From NCBI GenBank assembly GCA_963743305.1, contig CAVUPH010000027.1, positions 1-64,000 on the forward strand: a stretch of 64,000 bases of DNA. The letters are read 5' to 3'. The position numbers and the translations under genes are program-made. The DNA comes from an uncultured delta proteobacterium (lineage in GTDB: Bacteria; Desulfobacterota; RBG-13-43-22). This document shows positions 1 to 9,414 of the stretch, piece after piece. Position 1 is the first letter of the stretch; every line of letters begins with the position of its first letter. The notes under the pieces are model-generated. The model did not search any database, was not told the DNA's origin, and saw nothing but the letters and a program-made list of their open reading frames with translations.

Positions 1-1770
1 TAGTCTCTTCGATGCGCGTCCCGCCGGGCGCGCGCAGGTGCAGCCGAAATTGCCCCGCGTCGACCGATGGGAAAAAGTCCTGACCGAGATGCGGGATGAG
101 CAGCCAGGTGCCGACGCAAAAGGCCAGAAAAAGAATCACGAAGAAGGGCCGATGGTCCAGACGGTGCCCAGCGTCCGGCGGTAGCCTTCCCGAAAACGGG
201 CGAAGCCGTGCTCAAAGCCGCCTTGCAGGGCCACCAAGGGACGGAGCCAAGGCGTGACCGTGCCCGGATCGGCCGCGTGGCCGCTATACTCGATGTTTCG
301 GTAGAACCACTGGACCAGGGTCGGGACGAGCGTTCGCGAGAGCACATAACTGGCCAGCATAGCGAAGACGACCGCCTCGGCTAAAGGCACGAAGAGATAA
401 TGCGACACGCCGGTGAGGAAGAACATGGGTACGAACACAATGCAGATGCACAGTGTCGAAACCAGGGCCGGCAGGGCAATTTCCTGGGCTCCGTCGAGGA
501 TGGCCTGCACGGTCGGCTTGCCCAGCGCCATCTGGCGATGAATGCTCTCGATGGTCACCGTGGCATCGTCCACCAGAATACCGACGGCCAGCGCCAGACC
601 GCCGAGGGTCATCAGGTTGATAGTCTCACCCAAGGCGCTGAGCAGGACAATGGAACTCAGAATCGAAAGCGGAATCGAGATAGCAATGATGAACGTGCTC
701 CGCCAGGAGCCGAGAAAGAGCAGAATCATCACCGCCGTCAGCAGGGCGGCGATCACCCCTTCCTTCACCACCCCGTTGACGGCCGCGCGGACAAAGAGCG
801 ATTGGTCGGCGAATTCCTTGGCTTCCAGCTCGGGCGGCAGACCGCTCAGGATCCGCGGCATGGCCTTTTTCACCCCGTCCACGACGCTGAGGGTCGAGGC
901 CGCGCCGCTCTTTAGGACCGTGAGCAGCACCCCGCGCACCCCGTCCAACCGGACCACGTTTTGCTGCGGCTGATAGCCGTCATGCACCTGGGCCACGTCG
1001 CCCACCCGGATCACGGCGCCGTTTATGGTTTTGACGGGGAGATCGTTCAGGGCCGCAAGCACTTCCGGATTACTATTGAGGGACACGTTATATTCCGTCT
1101 CGCCGATTTTTGCCGTGCCGCTGGGAAGGATGAAATTCTGGGCATTGAAGGCATTGACCACATCCTGCGGGGCCAGGTTCTTCGCTTTCAGGGCCGGCAG
1201 ATCGATATCCACGGCCACGACCCGCGCCTTCCCGCCGGCCGGATAGGGCACGGAGGCGCCCCGAACGGTTGAAAGACCGACCTTGACGCGATTCTGAGCC
1301 ATATCCTGAAGTTCCTGTTCCGAAAATTTCTTGCTGGCCAGGCTGTACTGAAGGATCGGAACCGATGAGGCATTGTAGCGGATGACCACAGGCGGGGTCA
1401 TGCCGGGCGGGAGCAACCGGAGAATTGATTGTCCGCTGGCCGCGATCTGGGCCACCCCATCGGAGACCGAGGCGCCGGGCTGGAAGAACACCTTGATCAC
1501 GCCGGCGCCGTTGTAAGAGGTGGACTCGATGTGCTCGATATCGTTGACCAGGGTGCTGATCTGGCGTTCACTATTGTAGACAATGCGCTGCTCTACCTCC
1601 CGGGCATTCAGACCGTTGTACGTCCAGACCACACTGACGACCGGTATGTTGATCTCCGGGAAAATATCCGTCGGCGTGCGAAGCAGCACGAACGGCGTCA
1701 GCAGCAAAAGCACCAGCGCCGCCACCACGAAGGTGTAGGGCCGGCGTAAGGCAAGTTGAACAATCCACAT
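1..1770 (-). CDS. RND efflux permease (AcrB/CusA superfamily), frameshifted near 160, runs off the window start
   Basis: Motifs DIFPEINIP and GLALAVGILVDDA. After a 1-nt shift near 160 the frame continues DHRPFFVILFLAFCVG...GQDFFPSVDAGQFRLHLRAPGGTRIEET, typical of the second half of RND proteins. Confidence 0.9.
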
Positions 1771-1925
1771 AATTCACTTCCTCGTTGGAAATATTTTTCC
1801 CCCACCCCTCGGGAAAAAGCTATACCCCGATATAGGGGACAGGAGATCTTCGTCTATTTTGGTAATCCCATTCGGACCTGGGGTATAGAACAAATCGCTG
1901 GCCTGAAGGGTATTCCTTCGCAATC

Positions 1926-2030
1926 AAAGGCCTTCTCATCAATTTCCAGACTGATCCTCTGCAGAGCGGAGACGACCACCTCCCCCACCCGGTACTCTTT
2001 GGACAACTCTTTGATTTCGACTAATCCCAT
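1926..2030 (-). pseudogene. N-terminal remnant of a LolD/MacB-type ABC ATP-binding protein
   Basis: ATG at 2030 gives MGLVEIKELSKEYRVGEVVVSALQRISLEIDEKAF; similarity stops before Walker A. Confidence 0.65.
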
Positions 2031-2042
2031 AAGACTTCCATC

Positions 2043-2073
2043 AAAAAAAGCCCCACCCTCAAAAGCGGGGCCT
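2043..2073 (-). terminator. Rho-independent terminator
   Basis: Minus strand reads GCCCCGCTTT-TGA-GGGTGGGGC then T7, just after the stop at 2084. Confidence 0.75.
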
Positions 2074-2083
2074 CTACAATAGA

Positions 2084-2542
2084 TTACCTGCGCCAACCTG
2101 ACCATACGGGTATGCCTGAGCTGTCCCTGAGAACCAGAACGTTATCGCCCTTCTTCACTTCCGCGGCGACAATAGCTGGTTTATCAGCGAAGGTTACCCT
2201 TGAACCCTTCACCTCGATTGTGTCACCTTTTGCAATCTTCGTATCGAGTCGCCCGATGTACCATTCCGGACCCAAATGGACGGGAATGGTTTCCTTATCC
2301 GTTTTCACGGTTACTGCCACTGCGGCATACATGCCCTTCACGGGAACTATCGTATCAACGCTTTCAACCGTGCCGGAGATTGTCTCTACCTTTGCCGGGT
2401 CGTACGTCCTCTGATAGGGCGTTCCCATGCCCCATCCGCCGCTTCCTCGCCATTTCATCGCACCTCGTTGCGCAAAGGATTCGGCGGACAAACCAAGGGT
2501 TACAATCGAAAGTACCGTGATCATGATAAATATTTTTTTCAT
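2084..2542 (-). CDS. Exported protein of unknown function (OB-fold-like), paralog 1
   Basis: Signal peptide, WRGSGGWG, VHLGPEWY, C-terminal PVWSGWRR; clear paralog of the next gene. Confidence 0.8.
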   Translation of the reverse strand: MKKIFIMITVLSIVTLGLSAESFAQRGAMKWRGSGGWGMGTPYQRTYDPAKVETISGTVESVDTIVPVKGMYAAVAVTVKTDKETIPVHLGPEWYIGRLDTKIAKGDTIEVKGSRVTFADKPAIVAAEVKKGDNVLVLRDSSGIPVWSGWRR

Positions 2543-2587
2543 GGTTGCTCCTATTTTGATATAAGTTATGAGCCTGTCAACTAGTAA

Positions 2588-3043
2588 CTACCGTCGCCAA
2601 CCGGCCCAGACCGGAGTGCCATTGGCATCCCTCATAACCAACACGTTTTCCCCCTTTTTGATTTCACCGGCGATTATCACCTGGTTATCTTGGAAATTAG
2701 CCCTGGCCCCTTTGACCTCGATCCTATCCCCCTTTCCGATCTTAATATCCAATCGCTCCACATACCAACCCGGCCCCAGATGAACGGGGATGGTTTCTTT
2801 TTCTGTTTTGAGCAGGATCTGCACCCCATAGGTCATGCCTTTGATGGGGGTTACCTTTTCCACCTTTACCACTTCCCCCGTCAGGTTGTCGGCCAGGGCC
2901 GGATTATAAAGCCCGGAATAAGGCGTTCCTATCCCCCATCCTCCGCTCCCCCGCCAGCCCTTCCAGGGTTGAGCCAAGGCCAACGAAGAAGCTAACAACA
3001 GGGACACTACCATGATCGCTACTGTGCTTTTCTTGTCTTTCAT
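2588..3043 (-). CDS. Exported protein of unknown function (OB-fold-like), paralog 2
   Basis: Signal peptide, WRGSGGWG, VHLGPGWY, PVWAGWRR; RBS AAGGAGG upstream. Confidence 0.8.
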   Translation of the reverse strand: MKDKKSTVAIMVVSLLLASSLALAQPWKGWRGSGGWGIGTPYSGLYNPALADNLTGEVVKVEKVTPIKGMTYGVQILLKTEKETIPVHLGPGWYVERLDIKIGKGDRIEVKGARANFQDNQVIIAGEIKKGENVLVMRDANGTPVWAGWRR

Positions 3044-3079
3044 ATGACCCTCCTTAGCTGTTTTAAAAACGGGTTACGC

Positions 3080-4534
3080 TTAGTCCGCCGGTACCGACGG
3101 CTGTCTGTCCAGTTTGAAGGCGTAGACCGGGACACGGGCCGGCCTGACTTTTTGGGCTTCTCCCCTGGTGAGCCAGGCCCCCTGACGCCGGCAAGTCAAA
3201 AAGGCATAGGGCATAATCCATTGGCAAGTTAAAATCCAGAAAAACTCATAGGCTACTACCCAGGCAAAATCCGAATCCCGTTCGTGGCGGAAATAAATGG
3301 CCGCCACCGGGATGCTCATCACGGCAATCATGACCAGGTAGCGGAAGAGCCAAAACGGATTTATCAAAAGCAGGTAATAGCTATGGACGATCAAGAAATA
3401 GGGAATAATTAACGTGGAGGCGATTAGGACCGAATTCATTCGAAAGCCCCAGAGATAATCAGTCCGGAAAGGTTTAAAAAGATAGGATAGTAGAATCAGG
3501 GTTTCCCGAATATTGCTTCGGGCCCAGCGTAAAAACATTTTCACCGTCCCGTTGTAGGTTGAGGGCATCTTGGCCCAGACCACGGCGGTGGACTGAAAGA
3601 AGGAATGATATCCCTGGGCGCAAATAAAGTTGGTCATAGACCGGTCCTCTCCCGTCAGACAGGGGACCCCCAGGAAGGTCTGGGTGAGCCATTTTCTCAA
3701 AACAGGCTTCACAGCGGAGGCCCGATAGACGGAAAAGGCGCCCGGCGTCGTCAGGAGGCCGCGTATCTGGGTCTGATAGGCCCGGGAGAAAGCAAAAGAA
3801 AGGGTAAAAGAGACTTTCAGCAAACGGGTGATCAGGCTGTCATTCCTGTTCAAAACCTTTACATTCCCGGCTACCAATCCGATCCGTTCATCCCGGACGA
3901 TGGGAACCACACCGTTGCGCAACGCGTCCGGTTCCAAAATACTGTCGGAATCGACCGTCACCCAGACATCGCCGGTTGCTTTTTGAAAACCGGCATACAA
4001 AGCATGACGCTTCCCTTGGTTAACCGGTTGGCGCAAGGTGATCACTTTCACCGGGGCACCGGCGGCGGCCGCACGAATGTGCTCCCAGGTATCGTCCGAA
4101 CTGCCATCATCCACGGCGATGACCTGAAATTTGTGCCGGGGATAATCACTGTGGGTCACGGAATCGATGGACTTGCGCACCAGTGCGCCTTCGTTGTAGG
4201 CCGGTATGATTACGGAAACCGTCGGCAATTCGGCTTCGTCCATTGGAGGCATGGGGCGGTAACTCAGCCAAAGGCATATTCTCCAGACCGTAGCCGCATA
4301 GTGAATGCCCCCGTAAAGAACCATCGACCAAAACCAGAGACTCCCCAGAGGAACATTGGGGACGATTCGAAATATTTTCTGAAAAACACCGGTCCAGGCC
4401 GCCGCCAGGAGCAAGAAACCGGCTGCCAGAAGGATCAACGCTTTCGCCCCCTTCTCCCATTGAGCCGGGACCTGGGCCTGCCAAATTTCGGGGTGTGCTG
4501 TCTTTAGTTTCATAGAAGGCATCTTTGAGAACAT
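3080..4534 (-). CDS. Membrane GT2 glycosyltransferase, hyaluronan/chitin-synthase-like
   Basis: PAYNE, DDGS, GKRHA, DSD, GEDR and (Q/M)xxRW motifs with flanking TM helices. Confidence 0.85.
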   Translation of the reverse strand: MFSKMPSMKLKTAHPEIWQAQVPAQWEKGAKALILLAAGFLLLAAAWTGVFQKIFRIVPNVPLGSLWFWSMVLYGGIHYAATVWRICLWLSYRPMPPMDEAELPTVSVIIPAYNEGALVRKSIDSVTHSDYPRHKFQVIAVDDGSSDDTWEHIRAAAAGAPVKVITLRQPVNQGKRHALYAGFQKATGDVWVTVDSDSILEPDALRNGVVPIVRDERIGLVAGNVKVLNRNDSLITRLLKVSFTLSFAFSRAYQTQIRGLLTTPGAFSVYRASAVKPVLRKWLTQTFLGVPCLTGEDRSMTNFICAQGYHSFFQSTAVVWAKMPSTYNGTVKMFLRWARSNIRETLILLSYLFKPFRTDYLWGFRMNSVLIASTLIIPYFLIVHSYYLLLINPFWLFRYLVMIAVMSIPVAAIYFRHERDSDFAWVVAYEFFWILTCQWIMPYAFLTCRRQGAWLTRGEAQKVRPARVPVYAFKLDRQPSVPAD

Positions 4535-4594
4535 GGGCCTTATTCCTTTCCAGGATCGTTTAGATCTTTTTATGGTAATTTTCGAACGATACTT

Positions 4595-5045
4595 CTACCG
4601 ATCACCCCAACCCATCCTTCCCATTCCCGGCCGGGGTCCCCTGCCGCCTTGGACCGAACTCAATCGATCTAATTGTTCGGGAGTCAGAATGGCCCGGCAA
4701 TCCATTTTATAGGACAGCCAAATTTCTCGAATCTGTTCGTGAAGCTCCCGGACTTGATCGCGAAGCAGGGTGGTCCTGACCGTTTCTTTTCCCTTTCCCG
4801 GTTCACACATTTTCAACTCGGTCCTCTTGTCCCGAAGTTCCATTTGGAGAGGCCGAATGATTTTCTGGAAATCGGACTGTATGACTTTCATCCGGGAGGC
4901 CTGTTCCGGGCTCAGATCTAATTCCAGAGTCGGCGCAGGGACCCAAACCATAATTCATTCCCTTGCCCGGGCCCTGGCCCCAGGAACCGGCCCAAACTGG
5001 GCTCACGAATGCCAGCACCAAGACGAGAATTAATAGTTTGATCAT
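4595..5045 (-). CDS. Spy/CpxP-family periplasmic protein, frameshifted near 4925
   Basis: ATG 5045 gives signal peptide MIKLLILVLVLAFVSPVWA plus a G/M-rich segment; a frame change leads into LDLSPEQ...ILTPEQ (LTxxQ motifs). Confidence 0.7.
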
Positions 5046-5423
5046 GCGAATACTCCCGAAGGAACTTTTTGAATGGAACTTTGAAGGAGGTGTCAAGTTG
5101 ACCGGTTTTAGAAAATAGTCGTGAAGATGGTCTTTGATTGAATCAAAGCTTTTTATTTCCCGTCTGGCAAAACCGCTGATCAGAATCACGGGAAGATGGG
5201 GATTGGTCTTCCTAAGTTGAAGGATCAACTCATCGCCACCCATAGCCGGCATGGCATAGTCGGTGATAACCAGATCGATATCCCCATTTTCCAAGGCTCG
5301 TAACCCTTCCTGCCCGTTTTCAGCCCGGGAGATTCGGTAGCCTTTTGCGGCCAAATAATCCCCCAGGACACTGCGGGTCAGCCAGTCGTCATCTACGATC
5401 AAAATATGTTGAATGCTGCTCAT
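5042..5423 (-). CDS. Single-domain response regulator (receiver), frameshift near 5090
   Basis: ILIVDDD, ITDYAMP, LISG, FLKP. Removing one base gives the C-terminus LLQSSIQKVPSGVFA* whose TGA overlaps the next ATG. Confidence 0.75.
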
Positions 5424-5484
5424 TGATCTCCCCCGGATAGGGGGGGAGGGTTTTCAACCACCCTCCCCCGACTGAGGTTAAAGT

Positions 5485-5856
5485 CTACGGATTCATAATT
5501 TTACGGGATTCCAGATTGAACTGGAGCCGCTTTTCCTGCATTTTTCCCTGAAGCTCCAGCAGTTCCTTTTGCAGGGTGGAGATCTTTCCCTCATCGGGGT
5601 TCGAGGCGGCCCAAAGGGTTCGCATCTCCGATTTTTTGGCAAACATTTGGTTTTGCAGGGGTGAAATTTCATTCAGGAAGGTTTCCCGCAGTGTCTGCAA
5701 TTGAGCGGTCTGGTCCGCCGTCAGATTGGCGGCATCATAAGGATAAGGCCCCATACCGTATCCCTGGCCCATCCCCCGACCCCAGGGGCCGGCCATAGCC
5801 GCCCCGGCAAAAATCACCATCAGGCCTACCAATAAAATTTGAAAAATTCGTTTCAT
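5485..5856 (-). CDS. Spy/CpxP/ZraP-like periplasmic protein
   Basis: RBS AGGAGGTG, signal peptide, GMGQGYGMG, LTADQ motif, coiled-coil body. Confidence 0.8.
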   Translation of the reverse strand: MKRIFQILLVGLMVIFAGAAMAGPWGRGMGQGYGMGPYPYDAANLTADQTAQLQTLRETFLNEISPLQNQMFAKKSEMRTLWAASNPDEGKISTLQKELLELQGKMQEKRLQFNLESRKIMNP

Positions 5857-5911
5857 GCTCTTCACCTCCTTTCCTTTATTGTTATATGCTTTATCAGTTA
5901 TGTTTTCATAA

Positions 5912-5927
5912 AGCAATGATTATGCCA
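5912..5927 (-). promoter_or_regulatory. sigma54 -24/-12 promoter
   Basis: Minus strand TGGCATAATCATTGCT (GG-N10-GC), about 55 nt upstream of ATG 5856. Confidence 0.75.
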
Positions 5928-5996
5928 AAAAGGGTTTACTGTTAACCGTTAGATATTATTTATCTATTAATGATGACACGTTTCGATGGGCAAAGT

Positions 5997-6020
5997 GGGC
6001 TCGACATTATTGTCGAGCCC
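5997..6020. promoter_or_regulatory. Palindrome, candidate activator binding site
   Basis: GGGCTCGACA-TTAT-TGTCGAGCCC has perfect 10-bp arms; related half-sites TTCGACAA and TTGTCGAA lie at about 6080-6130. Confidence 0.5.
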
Positions 6021-6333
6021 GATTTATTTGAAATGAGGGAGAATATTTACTACCCACCTGAATTCAATGGCTATTCTTATTCGACAAAAACCGTTAGGCG
6101 GGATTAGGCAGACCGGTAAATATTGTCGAATTCCTTTTTCATCAACCCTTTTCAGGTGAGGTGGTGCGGGATCTTGTAAATCTTGGGCTTTATGGCCCTC
6201 GATCTGCTGGTTCGGTTGCAGCGCTTAGATTTTTAACAGGAGTGGGCCCTATTGGCCGAACAGGAAAATTTGTAGACTTATCTGTCACAATATTGTATAT
6301 AGAGCTGTGACTCTTAAGAATGGGGGAATAGAT

Positions 6334-6579
6334 ATGCCTAGTGCCACGGTAAGGATCAGCAAGGGAACCAGGGAGACGCTCCGGGATTTGGCAGCCAAGT
6401 CGGGAGAATCCATGCAAACCATCATCGATCGAGCCATTGAAGAATATCGGCGTCAATCCTTCATGGAACAGGCCAATAAGGCCTATTTGGCCCTGCGAGA
6501 GAATCCTGAAGCCTGGGAATCAGAACTCAAGGAACGGCGGGAATGGGAAGCCACCCTGGCCGATAACCAGAAGGTTTAG
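6334..6579 (+). CDS. Antitoxin, ribbon-helix-helix type
   Basis: ATVRISKGTRETLRDLA N-terminus; directly upstream of a PemK/MazF toxin. Confidence 0.75.
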   Translation: MPSATVRISKGTRETLRDLAAKSGESMQTIIDRAIEEYRRQSFMEQANKAYLALRENPEAWESELKERREWEATLADNQKV

Positions 6580-6583
6580 GGCT

Positions 6584-6925
6584 ATGAGCGAACCCCTCCG
6601 AGGAGAGATCTGGCTGGTGGATTTAAATCCCACCAGGGGCCGGGAACCCTTTGGCAGAAGACCGGCCCTAATCGTTTCCGTTGATCTGTTTAATCGAGGG
6701 CCGGCCGGCTTGGTGGTGACTCTTCCTATCACTTCCAAAGAAAAAGGGATTCCCTTTCATTTAAAAATAGAGGCCCATGAAAGCGGATTAAGCAAAAAAA
6801 GCTTTATCCAATGTGAAGATATCCGTTCCATCGCCAAAGAGAGAATCCTTAAACGGGTGGGGCAAATATCCCCAGGTACACTTACAGCAGTTGCGGACTG
6901 CCTCCGGATCCTTCTTAATCTATAA
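6584..6925 (+). CDS. mazF: PemK/MazF family toxin (type II TA)
   Basis: RGEIWLVDLNPTRGRE...RPALIVS...LPITS...EDIRSI. Confidence 0.9.
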   Translation: MSEPLRGEIWLVDLNPTRGREPFGRRPALIVSVDLFNRGPAGLVVTLPITSKEKGIPFHLKIEAHESGLSKKSFIQCEDIRSIAKERILKRVGQISPGTLTAVADCLRILLNL

Positions 6926-6982
6926 TCAGAATAAGACATTTTATGACCCGGTTGGAACAGCAAGAAAATCAAGAGGCGGAAC

Positions 6983-7285
6983 ATGTCGCCGTTGGAAGAG
7001 AAGGGATGAATACTCTGAGCCGATTGCGAACCGCCAACAGTTCGTTGGCGTCTGCTGACCTTTATTGATGATACCCGGGTCCGGGTTAATGGCTCAGATG
7101 AGATATTGGCCGACCTTTACTCTGGAAGCGGACAGGCGAATGAGAGCACGGCCGAAGAGATCATCGATAGGTTGGAAGCTGAAAAAAGTTATATCCCCTT
7201 ATCGGACCGTGCCCGAAAACAATACGCTTATATTCTGCTGAAGGAGTACAGAAAGTTTCTGGCGAGCCGAGCCGCAGACGCCTAG
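6983..7285 (+). CDS. Candidate selenoprotein with UxxU motif (100 aa), not in ORF track
   Basis: MSPLEEKG-U-IL-U-ADCEPPTVRWRLLTFIDDTRVRVNGSDEILADLY...RLEAEKSYIPLSDRARKQYAYILLKEYRKF. TGA at 7007 and 7016, then 88 open codons; C-terminal part resembles the N-domain of the 14439 protein. Confidence 0.65.
7032..7050 (+). promoter_or_regulatory. Candidate bacterial SECIS hairpin
   Basis: CGCCAAC-AGTTC-GTTGGCG, a perfect 7-bp stem with a G-containing loop, 13 nt after the second TGA. Confidence 0.55.
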
Positions 7286-7330
7286 CTGGTTCAGGCCATT
7301 CCCTGGCTATGAGGGCGGCACTATTTACTA

Positions 7331-7359
7331 TTGACAAGCTTTTCGTTTCCCGGCATCTT
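7331..7359 (+). promoter_or_regulatory. sigma70-type promoter for lgt
   Basis: TTGACA-N17-CATCTT, ending 7 nt before ATG 7367. Confidence 0.5.
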
Positions 7360-7366
7360 GCTAATC

Positions 7367-8155
7367 ATGCTTTCCTTTCCAGCCATTGATCCGGTAATTT
7401 TTTCCATCGGACCTTTTCATGTCCGGTGGTACGGAACCATGTATCTCCTGGGATTTCTGGCCTCCTACCTGCTGGTTCGGTTGCAGCTCCGCCGTCAGAA
7501 GCCCCCGGCCCTGGCCGAAGATCGGGTGGAGGACCTCTATTTTTATCTTGTTTTGGGATTAATTGTCGGGGCCCGACTGGGGTATGTCCTTTTTTATAAT
7601 CTTAGAAATTATCTGGAGCATCCCCTGGAAGTAGTGGCGGTCTGGCAGGGGGGGATGTCTTTTCACGGCGGGTTGATCGGGGCCTTTTTAGCGGGTTGGC
7701 TCTTCTCCCGAAAATACCGGATTAATCTCTGGACGCTGGGAGATCTGATTATCGTCACCGCCCCCATCGGGTTGGGTTTAGGACGGTTGGGGAATTTTAT
7801 CAACGGAGAATTATTCGGGCGCGTTACTACCCAGCCCTGGGGAATGGTTTTTCCTCAGGGCGGTCCGCTGCCCCGCCATCCTTCCCAGCTTTACGAAGCC
7901 TTTTTGGAGGGGCTGGTTCTTTTCATCTGGCTGTGGTGGAGCAAAGGGAGGAACAGGACTTCCGGCGGGATGGTGGCCCGGTTCCTGATCGGCTATGGCC
8001 TATTTCGTATTTTCGTGGAATTTTTTCGCGACCCGGATCCCCAGATCGGCTTCCTTTTTAATTTCCTGACCATGGGACAGCTCCTGAGCTTCGGAATGGT
8101 CCTCCTGGGCGTCTTCCTCCTTTATTCCCGTCCAAACCGAGATTCCTCCTCATAA
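7367..8155 (+). CDS. lgt: Prolipoprotein diacylglyceryl transferase
   Basis: RWYG, GARLGY, GGMSFHGG, GRLGNFINGEL, HPSQLYE motifs. Confidence 0.97.
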   Translation: MLSFPAIDPVIFSIGPFHVRWYGTMYLLGFLASYLLVRLQLRRQKPPALAEDRVEDLYFYLVLGLIVGARLGYVLFYNLRNYLEHPLEVVAVWQGGMSFHGGLIGAFLAGWLFSRKYRINLWTLGDLIIVTAPIGLGLGRLGNFINGELFGRVTTQPWGMVFPQGGPLPRHPSQLYEAFLEGLVLFIWLWWSKGRNRTSGGMVARFLIGYGLFRIFVEFFRDPDPQIGFLFNFLTMGQLLSFGMVLLGVFLLYSRPNRDSSS

Positions 8156-8287
8156 AATTTTTCTAAGACGCCCCCCTTCGCAGCAATTTTTTCTTGACAA
8201 GACTTCCCTACTATATTACTTATTGGTTATATTCTCATAATTGATTGTTTGAGGAATCTTGGGAAAGTCTTGGAAAGGAGAAAAAGA

Positions 8288-8656
8288 ATGGAAAATAATC
8301 AACCCACTATTGAACAGTTGTTAAAAAACATGGAAAAAATCAGCGGCGGAGACCCCCGCCCTATGCGGGTATTGGCCCAAATTAATCCGGCCTTCGTTTT
8401 CGAACAGGCCCGGGGCAGAAAAATGGTCATGGACCTGCCGCTGATCCCCGCCAAATTTAAACACCTGATTATGATTGCCGTGGCGGCGGCCGGGGAAAGC
8501 GAGACGTGTACTACTACCTTTATGAAAGCCGCCAAGATCGCCGGGGTAACGAAGGAAGAAATCGCCGAGGCCATTATGGTGGCCCGTCAGGCCAAGGCCG
8601 CCGCTATTTTTGCCGCTTCGGTGGATGGATTTGAGGAATTATTGAAAGACCGTTAA
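8288..8656 (+). CDS. Carboxymuconolactone decarboxylase/AhpD-like protein, single Cys
   Basis: IPAKFKHLIMIAVAAA...SETC...AKIAGVTKEEIAEAI; RBS AGGAG. Confidence 0.8.
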   Translation: MENNQPTIEQLLKNMEKISGGDPRPMRVLAQINPAFVFEQARGRKMVMDLPLIPAKFKHLIMIAVAAAGESETCTTTFMKAAKIAGVTKEEIAEAIMVARQAKAAAIFAASVDGFEELLKDR

Positions 8657-8683
8657 CCCTCTAAATGGGGCTCAGCACATTCT

Positions 8684-8887
8684 ATGGATAGAACGGAGAG
8701 GGGTCCGATAAAAATCCTTTATATTAACCGGGGCTTCCAAGGTTTTTATTGGATTAAACAAAAAAATGGAATTATCAGATCGACCGTTTCCCTGCCCGGA
8801 ATCATCCAGTTGCTGAAATGCCAACGATTCGATCTGATTATTTCGGAACCGCACAACCTTTATATATTAGATTCCCCTTATAAGTAA
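8684..8887 (+). CDS. Small hypothetical protein
   Basis: 67-aa ORF filling the gap in a co-oriented operon; no recognised motif. Confidence 0.4.
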   Translation: MDRTERGPIKILYINRGFQGFYWIKQKNGIIRSTVSLPGIIQLLKCQRFDLIISEPHNLYILDSPYK

Positions 8888-8897
8888 GGAGCCCCTC

Positions 8898-9407
8898 ATG
8901 GAGCCATTTCAGGGTTACGCCGCTCAAATTTCAGAAGCGGTTCTTATGGAAAAATTAAAAGGAATGTTAAGGGCGTTAATAATGTTGGGGTTTATCTTCG
9001 TCGCTTCATCCCTTGAAGCCGAGGAAACCTGGTTGACGGATTTTAAGTCAGCCCAACAGGCATCCCAAGAAAAAAAACAGCCTATCCTGGCCGCCTTCGT
9101 CGGCTCCGACTGGTGTCCCTGGTGCCAAAAATTGGAAACCGAAATCTTCAATCAGCCGGAATTTAAGGATTTTGTCAGGGACCGGTTCATCCTGTTCCAG
9201 GCGGATTTCCCCAAACATAAAGAGCTGCCGGAGGGACTAAAAAATCAAAACCAGGAATTGAAGATACAATATGCCGTCAAAAAGTACCCCACGGTACTCT
9301 TTTTAGATCCCGAGGGAAAGGAAATCGCTCGGACCGGTTTTCGCTATGGCGGCGCAGGGACCTATGTCAACCATTTAAAGGAATTGATCAAAATCGATTC
9401 CCCTTAA
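8898..9407 (+). CDS. Exported thioredoxin-fold protein (DsbH-like)
   Basis: Signal segment, GSDWCPWC, cis-Pro motif YPT. Confidence 0.85.
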   Translation: MEPFQGYAAQISEAVLMEKLKGMLRALIMLGFIFVASSLEAEETWLTDFKSAQQASQEKKQPILAAFVGSDWCPWCQKLETEIFNQPEFKDFVRDRFILFQADFPKHKELPEGLKNQNQELKIQYAVKKYPTVLFLDPEGKEIARTGFRYGGAGTYVNHLKELIKIDSP

Positions 9408-9414
9408 GCGAAAA

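Noticed and set aside
4803-5423. Apparent receiver domain fused to a signal peptide
   Set aside because: One extra base near 5090 explains it; correction gives a normal stop overlapping the next ATG.
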